From: Candidatus Eiseniibacteriota bacterium
Lineage (GTDB): Bacteria; Eisenbacteria; RBG-16-71-46
DNA: 64,000 bases
Assembly: GCA_044223005.1 (NCBI GenBank)
Contig: JBGAML010000007.1
Location: 64,001-128,000 of the forward strand
Reading direction: 5' to 3'
Shown: positions 49,896 through 60,308 of the stretch, one piece after another
Layout of the letters: each line of letters opens with the position of its first letter
Position numbering within the stretch: the first letter of the stretch is position 1
The notes under the pieces: generated by a model
Seen by the model: only the letters and a program-made list of their open reading frames with translations
Told to the model about the DNA's origin: nothing
Databases searched by the model: none
Translations under genes and position numbers: made by a program

Positions 49896-50674
49896 GCGAG
49901 ACGCAGGCGATGCCGGACGTCGCGGTGACGCGCGACCTTGCCGGACAGGTGGCGTTCGTGACCGGTGGCGCGACGGGCATTGGACTCGCGGTGTCACGAC
50001 GCCTGGCCGCCGCGGGCGCGACGGTCGCGATCTTCAACCGCAACGCCGAGCGCGCGGAGGCCGCCGTGGCCGCGATCCGCGGCGCGGGTGGCGCGGCGCA
50101 CGCGTTCGCGGCGGACATCGCGAGCGCGGAATCGGTGGACGCGGCGTTCGACGCGGCCACGAAGCAGTTGCAGCGCGTGGACGTGCTCGTGAACAACGCC
50201 GGCCTCACGCGGGACGGGCTGTTCGTGCGCATGAGCGATGCGCAGTGGGACGAGGTGCTGGGCACGAACCTCGGCGGCGCGTTCCGCTGCTGCCGCGCCG
50301 TCGCGCGCGGCATGATGAAGGCGCGCTACGGCCGGATCGTGAACATCTCGTCGGTGGTCGGCCTGATGGGCAACGCCGGCCAGGTGAACTACGCGGCCTC
50401 CAAGGCCGGGCTGCTCGGGCTCACCAAGTCGCTCGCGCGCGAGCTCGCGTCGCGGAACGTGACCGTGAACACGGTGTGCCCGGGCTTCATCGAGACGGAC
50501 ATGACCGCGAACCTGCCCGAAGCGGCGCGCGCGGAACTGATGGCGAAGATCCCGCTGGGCCGGCTCGGCACGCCGGAGGACGTCGCGGAAGTCGTGGCGT
50601 TCCTCGCGTCGCCGCGCGCCGGCTACGTCACCGGCCAGACCTGGACGGTGGACGGCGGCATGGTGATGGAGTAG
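49892..50674 (+). CDS. fabG: 3-oxoacyl-ACP reductase
   Basis: [25 protein letters not shown] overlap. Confidence 0.96.
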   Translation: MSETQAMPDVAVTRDLAGQVAFVTGGATGIGLAVSRRLAAAGATVAIFNRNAERAEAAVAAIRGAGGAAHAFAADIASAESVDAAFDAATKQLQRVDVLVNNAGLTRDGLFVRMSDAQWDEVLGTNLGGAFRCCRAVARGMMKARYGRIVNISSVVGLMGNAGQVNYAASKAGLLGLTKSLARELASRNVTVNTVCPGFIETDMTANLPEAARAELMAKIPLGRLGTPEDVAEVVAFLASPRAGYVTGQTWTVDGGMVME

Positions 50675-50724
50675 CAGACCCAGGACGGATCCTCGCGGAT
50701 CCGCGGAAGGAGGAGGTGAACCGC

Positions 50725-50967
50725 ATGGCAGCGTTCAATGAAGACAAGGTCAAGGAGATCATCGCGAAGGAACTCGAAGTGGACGCGAAGCAGCTCGTCC
50801 CCGAGGCCAAGTTCATCGAGGACCTCGGCGCCGACTCGCTCGACATCGTCGAGCTGGTGATGGCGCTCGAGGAGGAGTTCGGGGTCGACATCCCCGACGA
50901 GGACGCCGACAAGCTCAAGACGGTCGGTGACGCGATGAAGTACCTCCAGGAGCACGCGAGCGCCTGA
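50725..50967 (+). CDS. acpP: Acyl carrier protein
   Basis: [20 protein letters not shown]. Confidence 0.97.
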   Translation: MAAFNEDKVKEIIAKELEVDAKQLVPEAKFIEDLGADSLDIVELVMALEEEFGVDIPDEDADKLKTVGDAMKYLQEHASA

Positions 50968-51085
50968 TCGGCGCGAGCGAAAGGACACCGGGCCGGGTCC
51001 CGGGTCCGCGACGCGCGTCCGAGTGTCGAGGCGCACGGCGCGGTCCCAGCGGACCGGCCCGGAACGCAGGGAGAAGGACAACGAG

Positions 51086-52333
51086 ATGAGTGCAACGAGT
51101 GCACGCGTGTTCGTGACCGGAGCCGGAATCGTGTCCCCGGTCGGAAACACGGTCGAAGACTGCTGGCGCAACCTCGTCGCGGGAGTTTCGGGCGCAGGCC
51201 CGATCACGCGATTCGACACGACGAACTTCGACACGAAGTTCGCGTGCGAGGTGAAGGACTTCAGCATCGAGGGCGTGCTGGACCGCAAGGAGGCGAAGCG
51301 CATGGATCGCTTCGTCCAGTTCGCGGTCGTGGCGAGCCACGAAGCGATCAAGACTTCCGGCCTGGACCTGGAGACGATCGACCGCGAACGCGTCGGCGTC
51401 GTCATCGGGTCGGGCATCGGAGGCATGGAGACCTTCGAGACCCAGCATTCGGCGCTCGTCGAGAAGGGGCCCGGCCGCGTGAGTCCCTTCTTCATCCCGA
51501 TGATGATCTCGGACATGGCCGCCGGCCAGGTGTCGATCCAGTACGGCCTCAAGGGCCCGAACTTCGGCACCGTGTCGGCCTGCGCCAGTGGCGCGCACGC
51601 GATCGGCGAGGCCCTGCGCCTCCTGCGCGCGGGCGATGCCGACGTCATCATCGCGGGCGGAGCCGAAGCCACGATCACGCCCATGGCGGTCGCCGGCTTC
51701 AACTCGGCTCGAGCCCTGTCCCTGCGTAATGACGACCCCACCCGCGCGAGCCGCCCGTTCGACAAGGACCGGGACGGCTTCGTCATCGGCGAAGGTGCCG
51801 GATTGCTCGTGCTCGAAACCGAAGAGCACGCCCGGCGCCGCGGGGCATCACTGCTGTGCGAACTCGTCGGCTACGGAGCCTCGGGTGACGCCTATCACAT
51901 GACCGCTCCCTGCGTGGACGGTGACGGCGCGGCGCGCGCCATGCGGCGCGCGCTCCAGGACGCCGCGATGGGTGTCGAAGAGGTCGGCTACATCAACGCC
52001 CACGGAACGTCGACGCCTGCGGGAGACCCGATCGAGGTCACCGCCGTGAAGACGATCTTCGGCGACGCCGCCCGCAGCGTCTGGATGGGTTCCACGAAGT
52101 CCATGACCGGCCACCTTCTCGGTGCGGCTGGCGGACTCGAAGCGGTGGTGACCGCGCTGGTGCTCGCGCGAGGAGTCGTGCCTCCGACGATCAACCTCGA
52201 CACACCGGATGAGGCATGCGATCTCGATTTCATTCCGAACCAGGCCCGGGAGAAGAAGTTCCGGGCGGCACTGTCGAACTCGTTCGGGTTCGGCGGGCAC
52301 AACGTGTCCCTGGCGATGAGGGCTATCGCGTAA
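51086..52333 (+). CDS. fabF: Beta-ketoacyl-ACP synthase II
   Basis: SACASG, NAHGTST, KSMTGH, NSFGFGG. Confidence 0.97.
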   Translation: MSATSARVFVTGAGIVSPVGNTVEDCWRNLVAGVSGAGPITRFDTTNFDTKFACEVKDFSIEGVLDRKEAKRMDRFVQFAVVASHEAIKTSGLDLETIDRERVGVVIGSGIGGMETFETQHSALVEKGPGRVSPFFIPMMISDMAAGQVSIQYGLKGPNFGTVSACASGAHAIGEALRLLRAGDADVIIAGGAEATITPMAVAGFNSARALSLRNDDPTRASRPFDKDRDGFVIGEGAGLLVLETEEHARRRGASLLCELVGYGASGDAYHMTAPCVDGDGAARAMRRALQDAAMGVEEVGYINAHGTSTPAGDPIEVTAVKTIFGDAARSVWMGSTKSMTGHLLGAAGGLEAVVTALVLARGVVPPTINLDTPDEACDLDFIPNQAREKKFRAALSNSFGFGGHNVSLAMRAIA

Positions 52334-54078
52334 GGGCTCGCTCGCGCCGGCGCGGCGGCCGTGGCCGCCGGCGTGGACGTAACGCACCACCACCACCACC
52401 CGCGCCGCGCGGATTCTGGGGCTGGCTCCGATCGCTGTTCGGGGGCGGCCGGCCGGCGAAGCGTTCGCGCGAGGAGCGCCGCGAGGGCCGTCGTGACGGC
52501 TCGCTGGACCGGCAGGAGGAGAAGGTCCTCGCCGAGTTCCAGAAGCAGTTCGGGATCACGTTCAACGATCCGGGCCTGCTCAAGCTGGCGCTCACGCACC
52601 GCTCGTACCTGAGCGTGACGGGGCAGGGTCCGCGCGAATCGAACGAGCGGCTCGAGTTCCTGGGCGACTCCGTGCTGGGGCTCGTGACGAGCGAGTACCT
52701 CTATCGCCGGCATCCCGACGAGCACGAGGGCCAGCTCACCAAGACCAAGTCGCTCCTGGTCTCCAAGGCGATCCTGTCGCGGCGCGCGCTGCGCATGGGG
52801 CTCGGGCGCTACGTGCTCATGAGCCACTCCGAGGTCGAATCGGGCGGCCGGCAGCGGTTGTCGATCCTGGCCGACGCGTTCGAATCCGTGCTGGGTGCGA
52901 TCTACCTCGACCAGGGCTTCGAGGTGGCGCGGCAGTACATCCACACGCACCTGCTCGAGGACTCCGACGAGATCGTGGCCGACAAGCGGCACACGAACTA
53001 CAAGAGCCACCTGCAGGAGTACGTGCAGAGCACCTACCGCACGCATCCGGTCTACCGGATCCGCAGCGAGTACGGCCCAGACCACTCCAAGCACTTCATG
53101 GTGGAGGTCATGGTCGGCCGCCGCACGCTGGGCGAGGGGCGCGGCCACAACAAGAAGGAGGCGGAGCAGGCGGCCGCGCGCGACGCGCTCGAGAGCGTGA
53201 AGCGCGTGCGTTCGGGTGGCGAGGACGAGCGCGAGCCGCGCGAGTCGTCGCCGGCTCGGAGCGGCGAACGCGAACGCGAGCGCGACGAGGCCGGCGACTC
53301 GCGCCGCCGGCGCCGGCGCCGCGGCGGGCGTGGGCGAGGTGCCGAAGGCGATGGCGAACGCGAGGCCGTGGTCGCGGGCGTCGCGCCGGTCGCGGGCGAG
53401 CCGGTCGTCGAGGAGTACGAGGCCGAGGAGGACGCGATCCTGGACGAAAGCGCGGCCGCATCCGAGTTCGACCTCGAGGTGATCGAGCCGGGCGCGCGCG
53501 ATCCACGCACCGCCGGCGTGGATGACGACGAGGACGACGAGGACGCGGACGACGACGAGATCGTGGACGATCTCGACGAGGACGACGACGAAGCGGATGA
53601 CGAAGCAGACGACGATGCGGACGACGATGCGGACGACGACCTCGTCGACGACGAGGAGATCGACGAGATCGAGGAGCCCGAGGAGGCGGAGGAGTTCGAA
53701 GCACCGGCGCCGCCCGCGCCGGCTCCCGCCCGCCCGGCGTATCGCGAGGAACCGGAGCCGGCCGCACCGCGTGCGGCCTCGCCGGCGCCCGCGGAACGCG
53801 CCCCGATCGCGTACGGCCGCGGCGGCCGCCGCGGTGGTCGCAAGCCGCTGCCCGCCGCACCCGCCGAACCGGCCGCCGCCGAGGCGCGCCAGGTCGATCC
53901 GTTCGGCATGGGCGAGCCCGAGCCCGTCCCGGAGCCGCCGGCACCGCCGGCACCCGAGCCGGAGGAGGACGAGCTCAACGTGGACGAGGAGCGGGTCGCC
54001 GAGATCGAGCGCGCGATGGACAGCTTCGGGGCGCGCAAGTCGGGCGGCTACGGGCGCAAGGGTCGCCGCGGCCGCTGA
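52330..54078 (+). CDS. rnc: Ribonuclease III with long N- and C-terminal low-complexity extensions; start uncertain (GTA 52330 or ATG 52216)
   Basis: ALTHRS, NERLEFLGDSVL, ADAFESVLGAIYLD, dsRBD NYKSHLQE..KKEAEQ; canonical fabF-rnc order. Confidence 0.9.
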   Translation, partial: VRARSRRRGGRGRRRGRNAPPPPPAPRGFWGWLRSLFGGGRPAKRSREERREGRRDGSLDRQEEKVLAEFQKQFGITFNDPGLLKLALTHRSYLSVTGQGPRESNERLEFLGDSVLGLVTSEYLYRRHPDEHEGQLTKTKSLLVSKAILSRRALRMGLGRYVLMSHSEVESGGRQRLSILADAFESVLGAIYLDQGFEVARQYIHTHLLEDSDEIVADKRHTNYKSHLQEYVQSTYRTHPVYRIRSEYGPDHSKHFMVEVMVGRRTLGEGRGHNKKEAEQAAARDALESVKRVRSGGEDEREPRESSPARSGERERERDEAGDSRRRRRRRGGRGRGAEGDGEREAVVAGVAPVAGEPVVEEYEAEEDAILDESAAASEFDLEVIEPGARDPRTAGVDDDEDDEDADDDEIVDDLDEDDDEADDEADDDADDDADDDLVDDEEIDEIEEPEEAEEFEAPAPPAPAPARPAYREEPEPAAPRAASPAPAERAPIAYGRGGRRGGRKPLPAAPAEPAAAEARQVDPFGMGEPEPVPEPPAPPAPEPEEDELNVDEERVAEIERAMDSFGARKSGGYGRKGRRGR

Positions 54079-54084
54079 TCCGCG

Positions 54085-54136
54085 GAAACGAAGACGTCGC
54101 GCGGTGCCGGAGACGGCGCCGCGCGACGTGCGTTTC
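54085..54136 (+). terminator. Terminator-like hairpin after rnc
   Basis: 16-bp stem (one G-U on + strand) with GAGA tetraloop, flanked by GAAACG/CGTTTC. Confidence 0.75.
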
Positions 54137-54156
54137 GGGCCCGGAACCCCGGGCGG

Positions 54157-54192
54157 AAAAACAGCAGGGCGGGGAGTGCGCGCTCCCCGCCC
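54157..54192 (-). terminator. Intrinsic terminator of the putative sRNA
   Basis: Minus strand GGGCGGGGAG-cgcgca-CTCCCCGCCC-TGCTGTTTTT. Confidence 0.7.
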
Positions 54193-54342
54193 CAAAACTG
54201 CCGCCACATACGCTCAGGACAGGCCCCTCGGAATTTCCGTGCCCTTTCACATAGTGGCGACAGAACTCTGCGCCGTCATGGCGCTCTGTCGCGAGGGACC
54301 GGAAACTGGCGGTGCTTCGCCTTCCGTGCGGCCCCTCTTGAC
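54157..54342 (-). ncRNA. Putative sigma54-dependent small RNA (~186 nt)
   Basis: Bounded by sigma54 promoter and terminator; three internal hairpins with G-U pairs on the minus strand; no credible ORF. Confidence 0.6.
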
Positions 54343-54352
54343 CAGTTATCTA

Positions 54353-54369
54353 TGCACTATCGGTGCCAA
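54353..54369 (-). promoter_or_regulatory. sigma54 -24/-12 promoter
   Basis: Minus strand TTGGCACCGATAGTGCA (TGGCAC-N5-GTGCA, GG-N10-GC). Confidence 0.7.
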
Positions 54370-54478
54370 ACCCGAGTACGACATTGCTCTCAGAGAATTT
54401 CGGCTTTGTTTCCAATGATTTGCGGGGATTGCGGTCCGGTGCGGCCGCAAGAAATGTCCGCCGAATGCACCGGTCGGT

Positions 54479-54584
54479 GCGACAGGATGTCGCGGGTTTC
54501 CTGGCTCCAAACCACGGAAACTCCGTTCCCATGCGCGGATCGGGCCGGTGCGACATTTTGCCGCGGTTCGCGACAGGTCGTCGC
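54479..54584. promoter_or_regulatory. Three palindromic putative enhancer (UAS) sites GCGACA-N3-TGTCGC
   Basis: GCGACAGGATGTCGC 54479, GCGACATTTTGCCGC 54550, GCGACAGGTCGTCGC 54570. Confidence 0.6.
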
Positions 54585-54589
54585 AGTGC

Positions 54590-55945
<1,356 letters not shown>

Positions 55946-56058
55946 GTGAAGTCCCGTCGGGTCCGTTGAGGAGGAGCCGCGTGGAGCTTTACCACGGCCG
56001 CACTTCGGCGGCCAGAAACTTGGCTCGGGCGGCGAGCGGCGTGTTACGCTCGTCGGCC

Positions 56059-57726
56059 ATGAAGCGCCTCGCGTGCCTCGTTCTCGCCGCCATCGGGCTC
56101 GCCGCTTCGGTGGCCCACGCCGGCGAGGACCCCGGCGGACGCACGCCGAGCGACGAGGCGCTGCGCCATTACCTCAACGGGCGCTGGCTCGAGGAGGAGG
56201 GCGACCTGGCCGGCGCCGGCGCGGAGTTCGCGCGCGCGGCCGCACTCGATCCCACCGCCACGGACATCCTCGTTCATGCCGCCGAGGTGGCCGCGCACGC
56301 CGGCGACCCGGCGCGCTCGCTCGAGCTCGCCCGCCAGGCGCTCGTGCGCGTCCCCGGCGAGCCTCGCGCGCTCTGGCTGCAGGGCGCGGCGCTGTTCGGG
56401 CTCTCGCGTCCCGCCGAGGCGCTGCAGCCGCTGCGCCAGGCCGCGCTCGCGGACTCCGAGAACGCCGACGTCTGGCGCACGCTCGCCCACACGGGCGAGG
56501 CGCTGGAGCTGCCGGCGCTGGTCGATTCGTGCTGGGAACGCGTCACCGATCTCGATCCCGACGACGGCGAGAGCTGGTTCCAGCTGGCGACGACGCGCGC
56601 GCGGCTCGGCCGCTACGCCGATGCCGATTCCGCGCTGACGATCGCGCTCGAGGACAACCCGACTCGTCCGGGCGCGCTGTTCCTGCGCGGCTGGCTCGCC
56701 GAACAGCTGGGCCGCACCGCCGACGCGATCTCGCTCTACACGCACCACCTCGAGGTGCACGGTGGCGACGGCACCACGCGGCGGCGCCTCGTCGCGCTGC
56801 TCGCGAGCGAGGACCGCTACAAGGAGGCGCTGCCCCACGCGCGCCGCGTCGCGGCCGATTCGCCGCGCGATCCGGGGGCGCTGCAGGCGCTCGCCGACCT
56901 GGAGTTCTACGCCGGCCACGCCGACGCGGGGATGCGCGAACTCGAGCGGCTGCGCGCGCTCGAGCCCGGGGACATGGATCCGGTCGTGCGCAGCGCCGAG
57001 GTGCTGTTGCGGCACGAGCGTGCGGACGCCGCGGTGACGCTCGTCGACCAGTGGGCGGCCACGCGCGCGGGAGACCCGCACGCGTACCGCGTGCGCGCGT
57101 GGGTGCGTGCCGCGGCGGGCCGGCTCGACTCCGCGGTCGCGATGCAGCGGCTCGACGTCGCCGCGAATCCCGACTCCACCGTGCCGCGGCGCGCGCTCGC
57201 GCGCTACCTGCGCGAATCGAAGCAGTGGAACGCCGCGATCGAGCAGCTTTCGTGGCTGCACACGCGCCTGCCGGAGGATCCCGGAGTGCTGATGGACCTG
57301 GGCTACTGCCGCGAGCAGTCCGGTGACCTGCCGGGCGCGATCCAGGCGGGCCGCGACGCCCTTGCACTCGCGCCCGACGAGGCGCAGACCCTGAACTTCC
57401 TCGGCTACCTGCTCGCCGACCACGATCGCGACCTGTCCGAAGCCGAGGACCTGATCCGCCGCGCCATCGAGCAGGATCCCGACAACGGCGCCTACCTCGA
57501 CTCGATGGGCTGGGTGCACTTCCGGCGCGGCAACCTCGACGCGGCCCGGTCCGAGCTCGAGAAGGCGGTCGATCGGGTGGGCAACGACCCGGTCGTCCAC
57601 GAGCACCTGGGCGACGTCTACCGGCAACTCCGCCTGATCGACCTGGCCCGTCAGCAGTACCGGGCGAGCCTCGACGCCGATCGCGGTAACGAACGCGTTC
57701 GCAACAAGCTGACCGAGCTGCGCTGA
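56059..57726 (+). CDS. Exported TPR-repeat protein
   Basis: Signal peptide; LNFLGY, YLDSMGW, EHLGDVY. Confidence 0.88.
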   Translation: MKRLACLVLAAIGLAASVAHAGEDPGGRTPSDEALRHYLNGRWLEEEGDLAGAGAEFARAAALDPTATDILVHAAEVAAHAGDPARSLELARQALVRVPGEPRALWLQGAALFGLSRPAEALQPLRQAALADSENADVWRTLAHTGEALELPALVDSCWERVTDLDPDDGESWFQLATTRARLGRYADADSALTIALEDNPTRPGALFLRGWLAEQLGRTADAISLYTHHLEVHGGDGTTRRRLVALLASEDRYKEALPHARRVAADSPRDPGALQALADLEFYAGHADAGMRELERLRALEPGDMDPVVRSAEVLLRHERADAAVTLVDQWAATRAGDPHAYRVRAWVRAAAGRLDSAVAMQRLDVAANPDSTVPRRALARYLRESKQWNAAIEQLSWLHTRLPEDPGVLMDLGYCREQSGDLPGAIQAGRDALALAPDEAQTLNFLGYLLADHDRDLSEAEDLIRRAIEQDPDNGAYLDSMGWVHFRRGNLDAARSELEKAVDRVGNDPVVHEHLGDVYRQLRLIDLARQQYRASLDADRGNERVRNKLTELR

Positions 57727-57755
57727 GCCACGGCGATCTCCCCCCAGAGTGCCCG

Positions 57756-57781
57756 GGAACTGTCAGGGCCGTGCGGGGTAA
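57756..57781 (+). promoter_or_regulatory. Possible ECF-type autoregulatory promoter
   Basis: GGAAC-N17-GTAA immediately upstream of the ECF sigma gene. Confidence 0.45.
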
Positions 57782-57790
57782 CACGGGTAG

Positions 57791-58426
57791 GTGAGGTCCA
57801 CATTGGCCCCTGATCGAGAGCCGCTGTCACCCCAGGTCTTGAGCCTTTCCGACGAAGATCTCATGGCCCGGGTGGCCGAGGACGACGAGCGCTCGTACAC
57901 CGAGCTCGTTCGCCGTTATCAGGGCCGTGTGACCAATCTCATCAGCCGCGTGTTGAACGACCGCAACGGTTCGGACGATCTGGCGCAGGAAGTGTTTGTC
58001 CGGGTCTTCGTGCACCGCAGGAACTACCGGCGCGGGTCGAAGTTCTCCACGTGGATCTTCACGATCGCCGCGAACCTCGCGAAGAACGAGATCCGGCGAC
58101 GGGTGCGGCGGCGCAACTGGTTCTCGCTCGACGCACTCACGGAAGTGCTTCACGACAGCATGAGCCAGCTGGCGGACCCGACCGAGGGCAGTGAGTCCGG
58201 GATGGAACGCGAGCAGCTCCAGGGTGAAGTGGGACGTGCCATCGCCACGGTGCCCGAGAAGTACCGGCTCGCGCTGGTGCTGCGGGACATCGAGGGGCTG
58301 GCCTACGAGGAGATCGCCGAAGTGCTCGGGGTTCCCGGCGGGACGGTGCGCTCGCGCATCAACCGCGCGCGGGGAATGCTGAAGCGCAAGCTCCAACCGC
58401 TACTCAAGACGCAGGAGAAGGCATGA
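57791..58426 (+). CDS. ECF RNA polymerase sigma factor
   Basis: DDLAQEVF, FSTWIFTIAAN, YEEIAEVLGVPGGTVRSRINRAR. Confidence 0.93.
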   Translation: MRSTLAPDREPLSPQVLSLSDEDLMARVAEDDERSYTELVRRYQGRVTNLISRVLNDRNGSDDLAQEVFVRVFVHRRNYRRGSKFSTWIFTIAANLAKNEIRRRVRRRNWFSLDALTEVLHDSMSQLADPTEGSESGMEREQLQGEVGRAIATVPEKYRLALVLRDIEGLAYEEIAEVLGVPGGTVRSRINRARGMLKRKLQPLLKTQEKA

Positions 58427-59010
58427 GCCGTTGTACCCGGGCCCGCCAGTTGTTCGGGCCGTACTGGGATGACGAGACGACGCGCGCCGAGCGCGAATGG
58501 CTCGATGCGCACTTCGCCGAGTGCGCCGCGTGCCGCACGGAGTACGAGACCCTGAGCCGTACGCTCACGGCCGTGGCGTCGCTGCCGCGGCACGAGGCGG
58601 CGCCGGATCTCGCCGAGCGCGCACTGGCCGCGGCGCGCCGCGCCTCGACCGCGCCGGACCGCGTGTTCGCGCCGCAGCGCCCCGTGTGGGTGCCCGTCGC
58701 GGCCACGGCGGCCGTCGCGCTGATCGCGGTGGTCGTGCTGGGGCCGAGGTTCCTGGGACACGCGCCGGCGCCGACGCCGGTCGCGCACGTCCCGAGCGCC
58801 GCGGTCGCCGAGCCGACGCTCGCGGCCACGACGTCGCCGGCACCCACCGGCACCGCGCCGGTCGCCGTGGCGATCTCGGACACGCTGTTCGATCACACCG
58901 AGGACGTGGACTTCGTGCTCGATCCCGTCGCGCTGCACCGCGGCCGCGCCCACACCGTGGCGCGACTGCCCGAAGGCGTGCGGGGCGAGCAGGCCGTCAT
59001 TTCCTTCTAG
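58423..59010 (+). CDS. Zinc-finger (ZAS) membrane anti-sigma factor
   Basis: HFAECAAC (HxxxCxxC), one TM helix; ATGA overlap with sigma gene. Confidence 0.88.
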   Translation: MSRCTRARQLFGPYWDDETTRAEREWLDAHFAECAACRTEYETLSRTLTAVASLPRHEAAPDLAERALAAARRASTAPDRVFAPQRPVWVPVAATAAVALIAVVVLGPRFLGHAPAPTPVAHVPSAAVAEPTLAATTSPAPTGTAPVAVAISDTLFDHTEDVDFVLDPVALHRGRAHTVARLPEGVRGEQAVISF

Positions 59011-59021
59011 AACGGAGCCCG

Positions 59022-60275
59022 ATGCGCGACATGACCGGTCACGCTCCGAGCGGCCGCGGCCGCCCGGGGACGATCCGGCGCCCGCGAGCGGCGACCTTCC
59101 GGTCGCGGCTCGCGGGCGTGCTGCTGTGTGGCGCGCTCGTCCTGCCGGCCGTGCCCGTGCACGGCCAGGGGGTGCTGTCGGCGATCGAGGCCGACGTCGA
59201 CCAGATCGCCCAGCACGCACGGCCGAGCGTGGTGACGATCGTCGCGCAGAGCCATCCGCTCGTGAACAAGGGCAAGGGCCTGCAGCGGACCTCGCGCATG
59301 CACAGCCGCGTCGGCTCGGGTTTCGCGGTGGGGCCGGACGAGATCGTCACGACGGCGACCGTGGTGCTGGGCGCCGAGAAGGTGACCGTGGTCACCGACA
59401 ACCGCCTGCAGATGGAGGCGATCGTCGCCGGGCTCGACCCGATCCACAACGTGGCGCTGCTGCGCGTGCCGGGCCTGCGCATCTCGCCGATCGCGTACGC
59501 GGATCGCCCGCCGCGGCTCGGCGACTGGGTCGTCACGCTGGGCACGTCGTACGGCACGCAGCCGACGCAGTCGGTGGGGACGATCTCGTACCGCTGGAAG
59601 GAGCCGCGGCTCACGCTGCTCCAGCTCACCAACGACGTCTACCCGGGCAACAGCGGCGGCCCCGCGCTCAACTCGCGCGGCGAGCTGATCGGCATCGTGA
59701 AGGGCGAACTCGGTTCGCCCGAACTCGCCAACGCGCGCACCGAAGGCGACCGGCGCCCCGGCAGCGCGAGCTTCATCATCCCGCTCCAGGACGCCCGGCC
59801 CGCGATCGAGTCGCTGCGCAAGGACGGCCGCGTGGCGCTCGGCTGGATGGGTGTTTCCACGCGCGCCGGCTTCATCGAGAGCTCGACCGAGCCCGGCCTG
59901 CGCGTCGCGCTCGGCGCGATCGTCGAGAGCACGCGGCCCGGTGGCCCGGCGCAGCGGCTGGGCCTGCGCCCCGGCGACCTCATCGTCGCGTACGACGGCG
60001 AGCGCGTGGAGTACCCGGAACAGCTCGCGCGCTGGGTGGGCGCGACCCCGCCCGGGACCTCCGTGCAGCTCGTCTGGGTGCGGCACGAGATGCGACAGGA
60101 GGGACGCGTCGTGATCGGCTCGTCGCCGACCGCGATCCCGTCGTGGACGCAGCCCGCCGCGACGGCGGGCACGAGCGGTGATGCGCGCCCGGGCGTGTCG
60201 GACCCGGCGCTGCGTGCGCGCAGCGCGGTGCGCGGTCTGGGCGGCGTGCGCGGACAGCAGGACACCGCGCGCTGA
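59022..60275 (+). CDS. HtrA/DegS-like S1C plus PDZ protein with degenerate catalytic triad
   Basis: VGSGF, PGNSGG, PDZ WMGV..GPA..GLRPGD; TTATVV and HNVALL at His/Asp positions. Confidence 0.85.
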   Translation: MRDMTGHAPSGRGRPGTIRRPRAATFRSRLAGVLLCGALVLPAVPVHGQGVLSAIEADVDQIAQHARPSVVTIVAQSHPLVNKGKGLQRTSRMHSRVGSGFAVGPDEIVTTATVVLGAEKVTVVTDNRLQMEAIVAGLDPIHNVALLRVPGLRISPIAYADRPPRLGDWVVTLGTSYGTQPTQSVGTISYRWKEPRLTLLQLTNDVYPGNSGGPALNSRGELIGIVKGELGSPELANARTEGDRRPGSASFIIPLQDARPAIESLRKDGRVALGWMGVSTRAGFIESSTEPGLRVALGAIVESTRPGGPAQRLGLRPGDLIVAYDGERVEYPEQLARWVGATPPGTSVQLVWVRHEMRQEGRVVIGSSPTAIPSWTQPAATAGTSGDARPGVSDPALRARSAVRGLGGVRGQQDTAR

Positions 60276-60308
60276 ACGGCGGGCGCGCGGGTGGTGTAAC
60301 CTGCGCGC

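Noticed and set aside
53515..53700. GACGAC-rich tandem-looking DNA as a CRISPR array or satellite
   Set aside because: It is the Asp/Glu codon run of the RNase III tail; no repeat-spacer periodicity
53975..54250. 91-aa minus-strand ORF, and a 10-codon ORF MTAQSSVATM, within the putative sRNA
   Set aside because: No SD; the long ORF runs through two terminators into rnc antisense; the micro-ORF start is buried in a stem
54157..54342. 6S RNA identity for the ~186-nt RNA
   Set aside because: Pairings form separate local hairpins, not a single long rod with a central bubble
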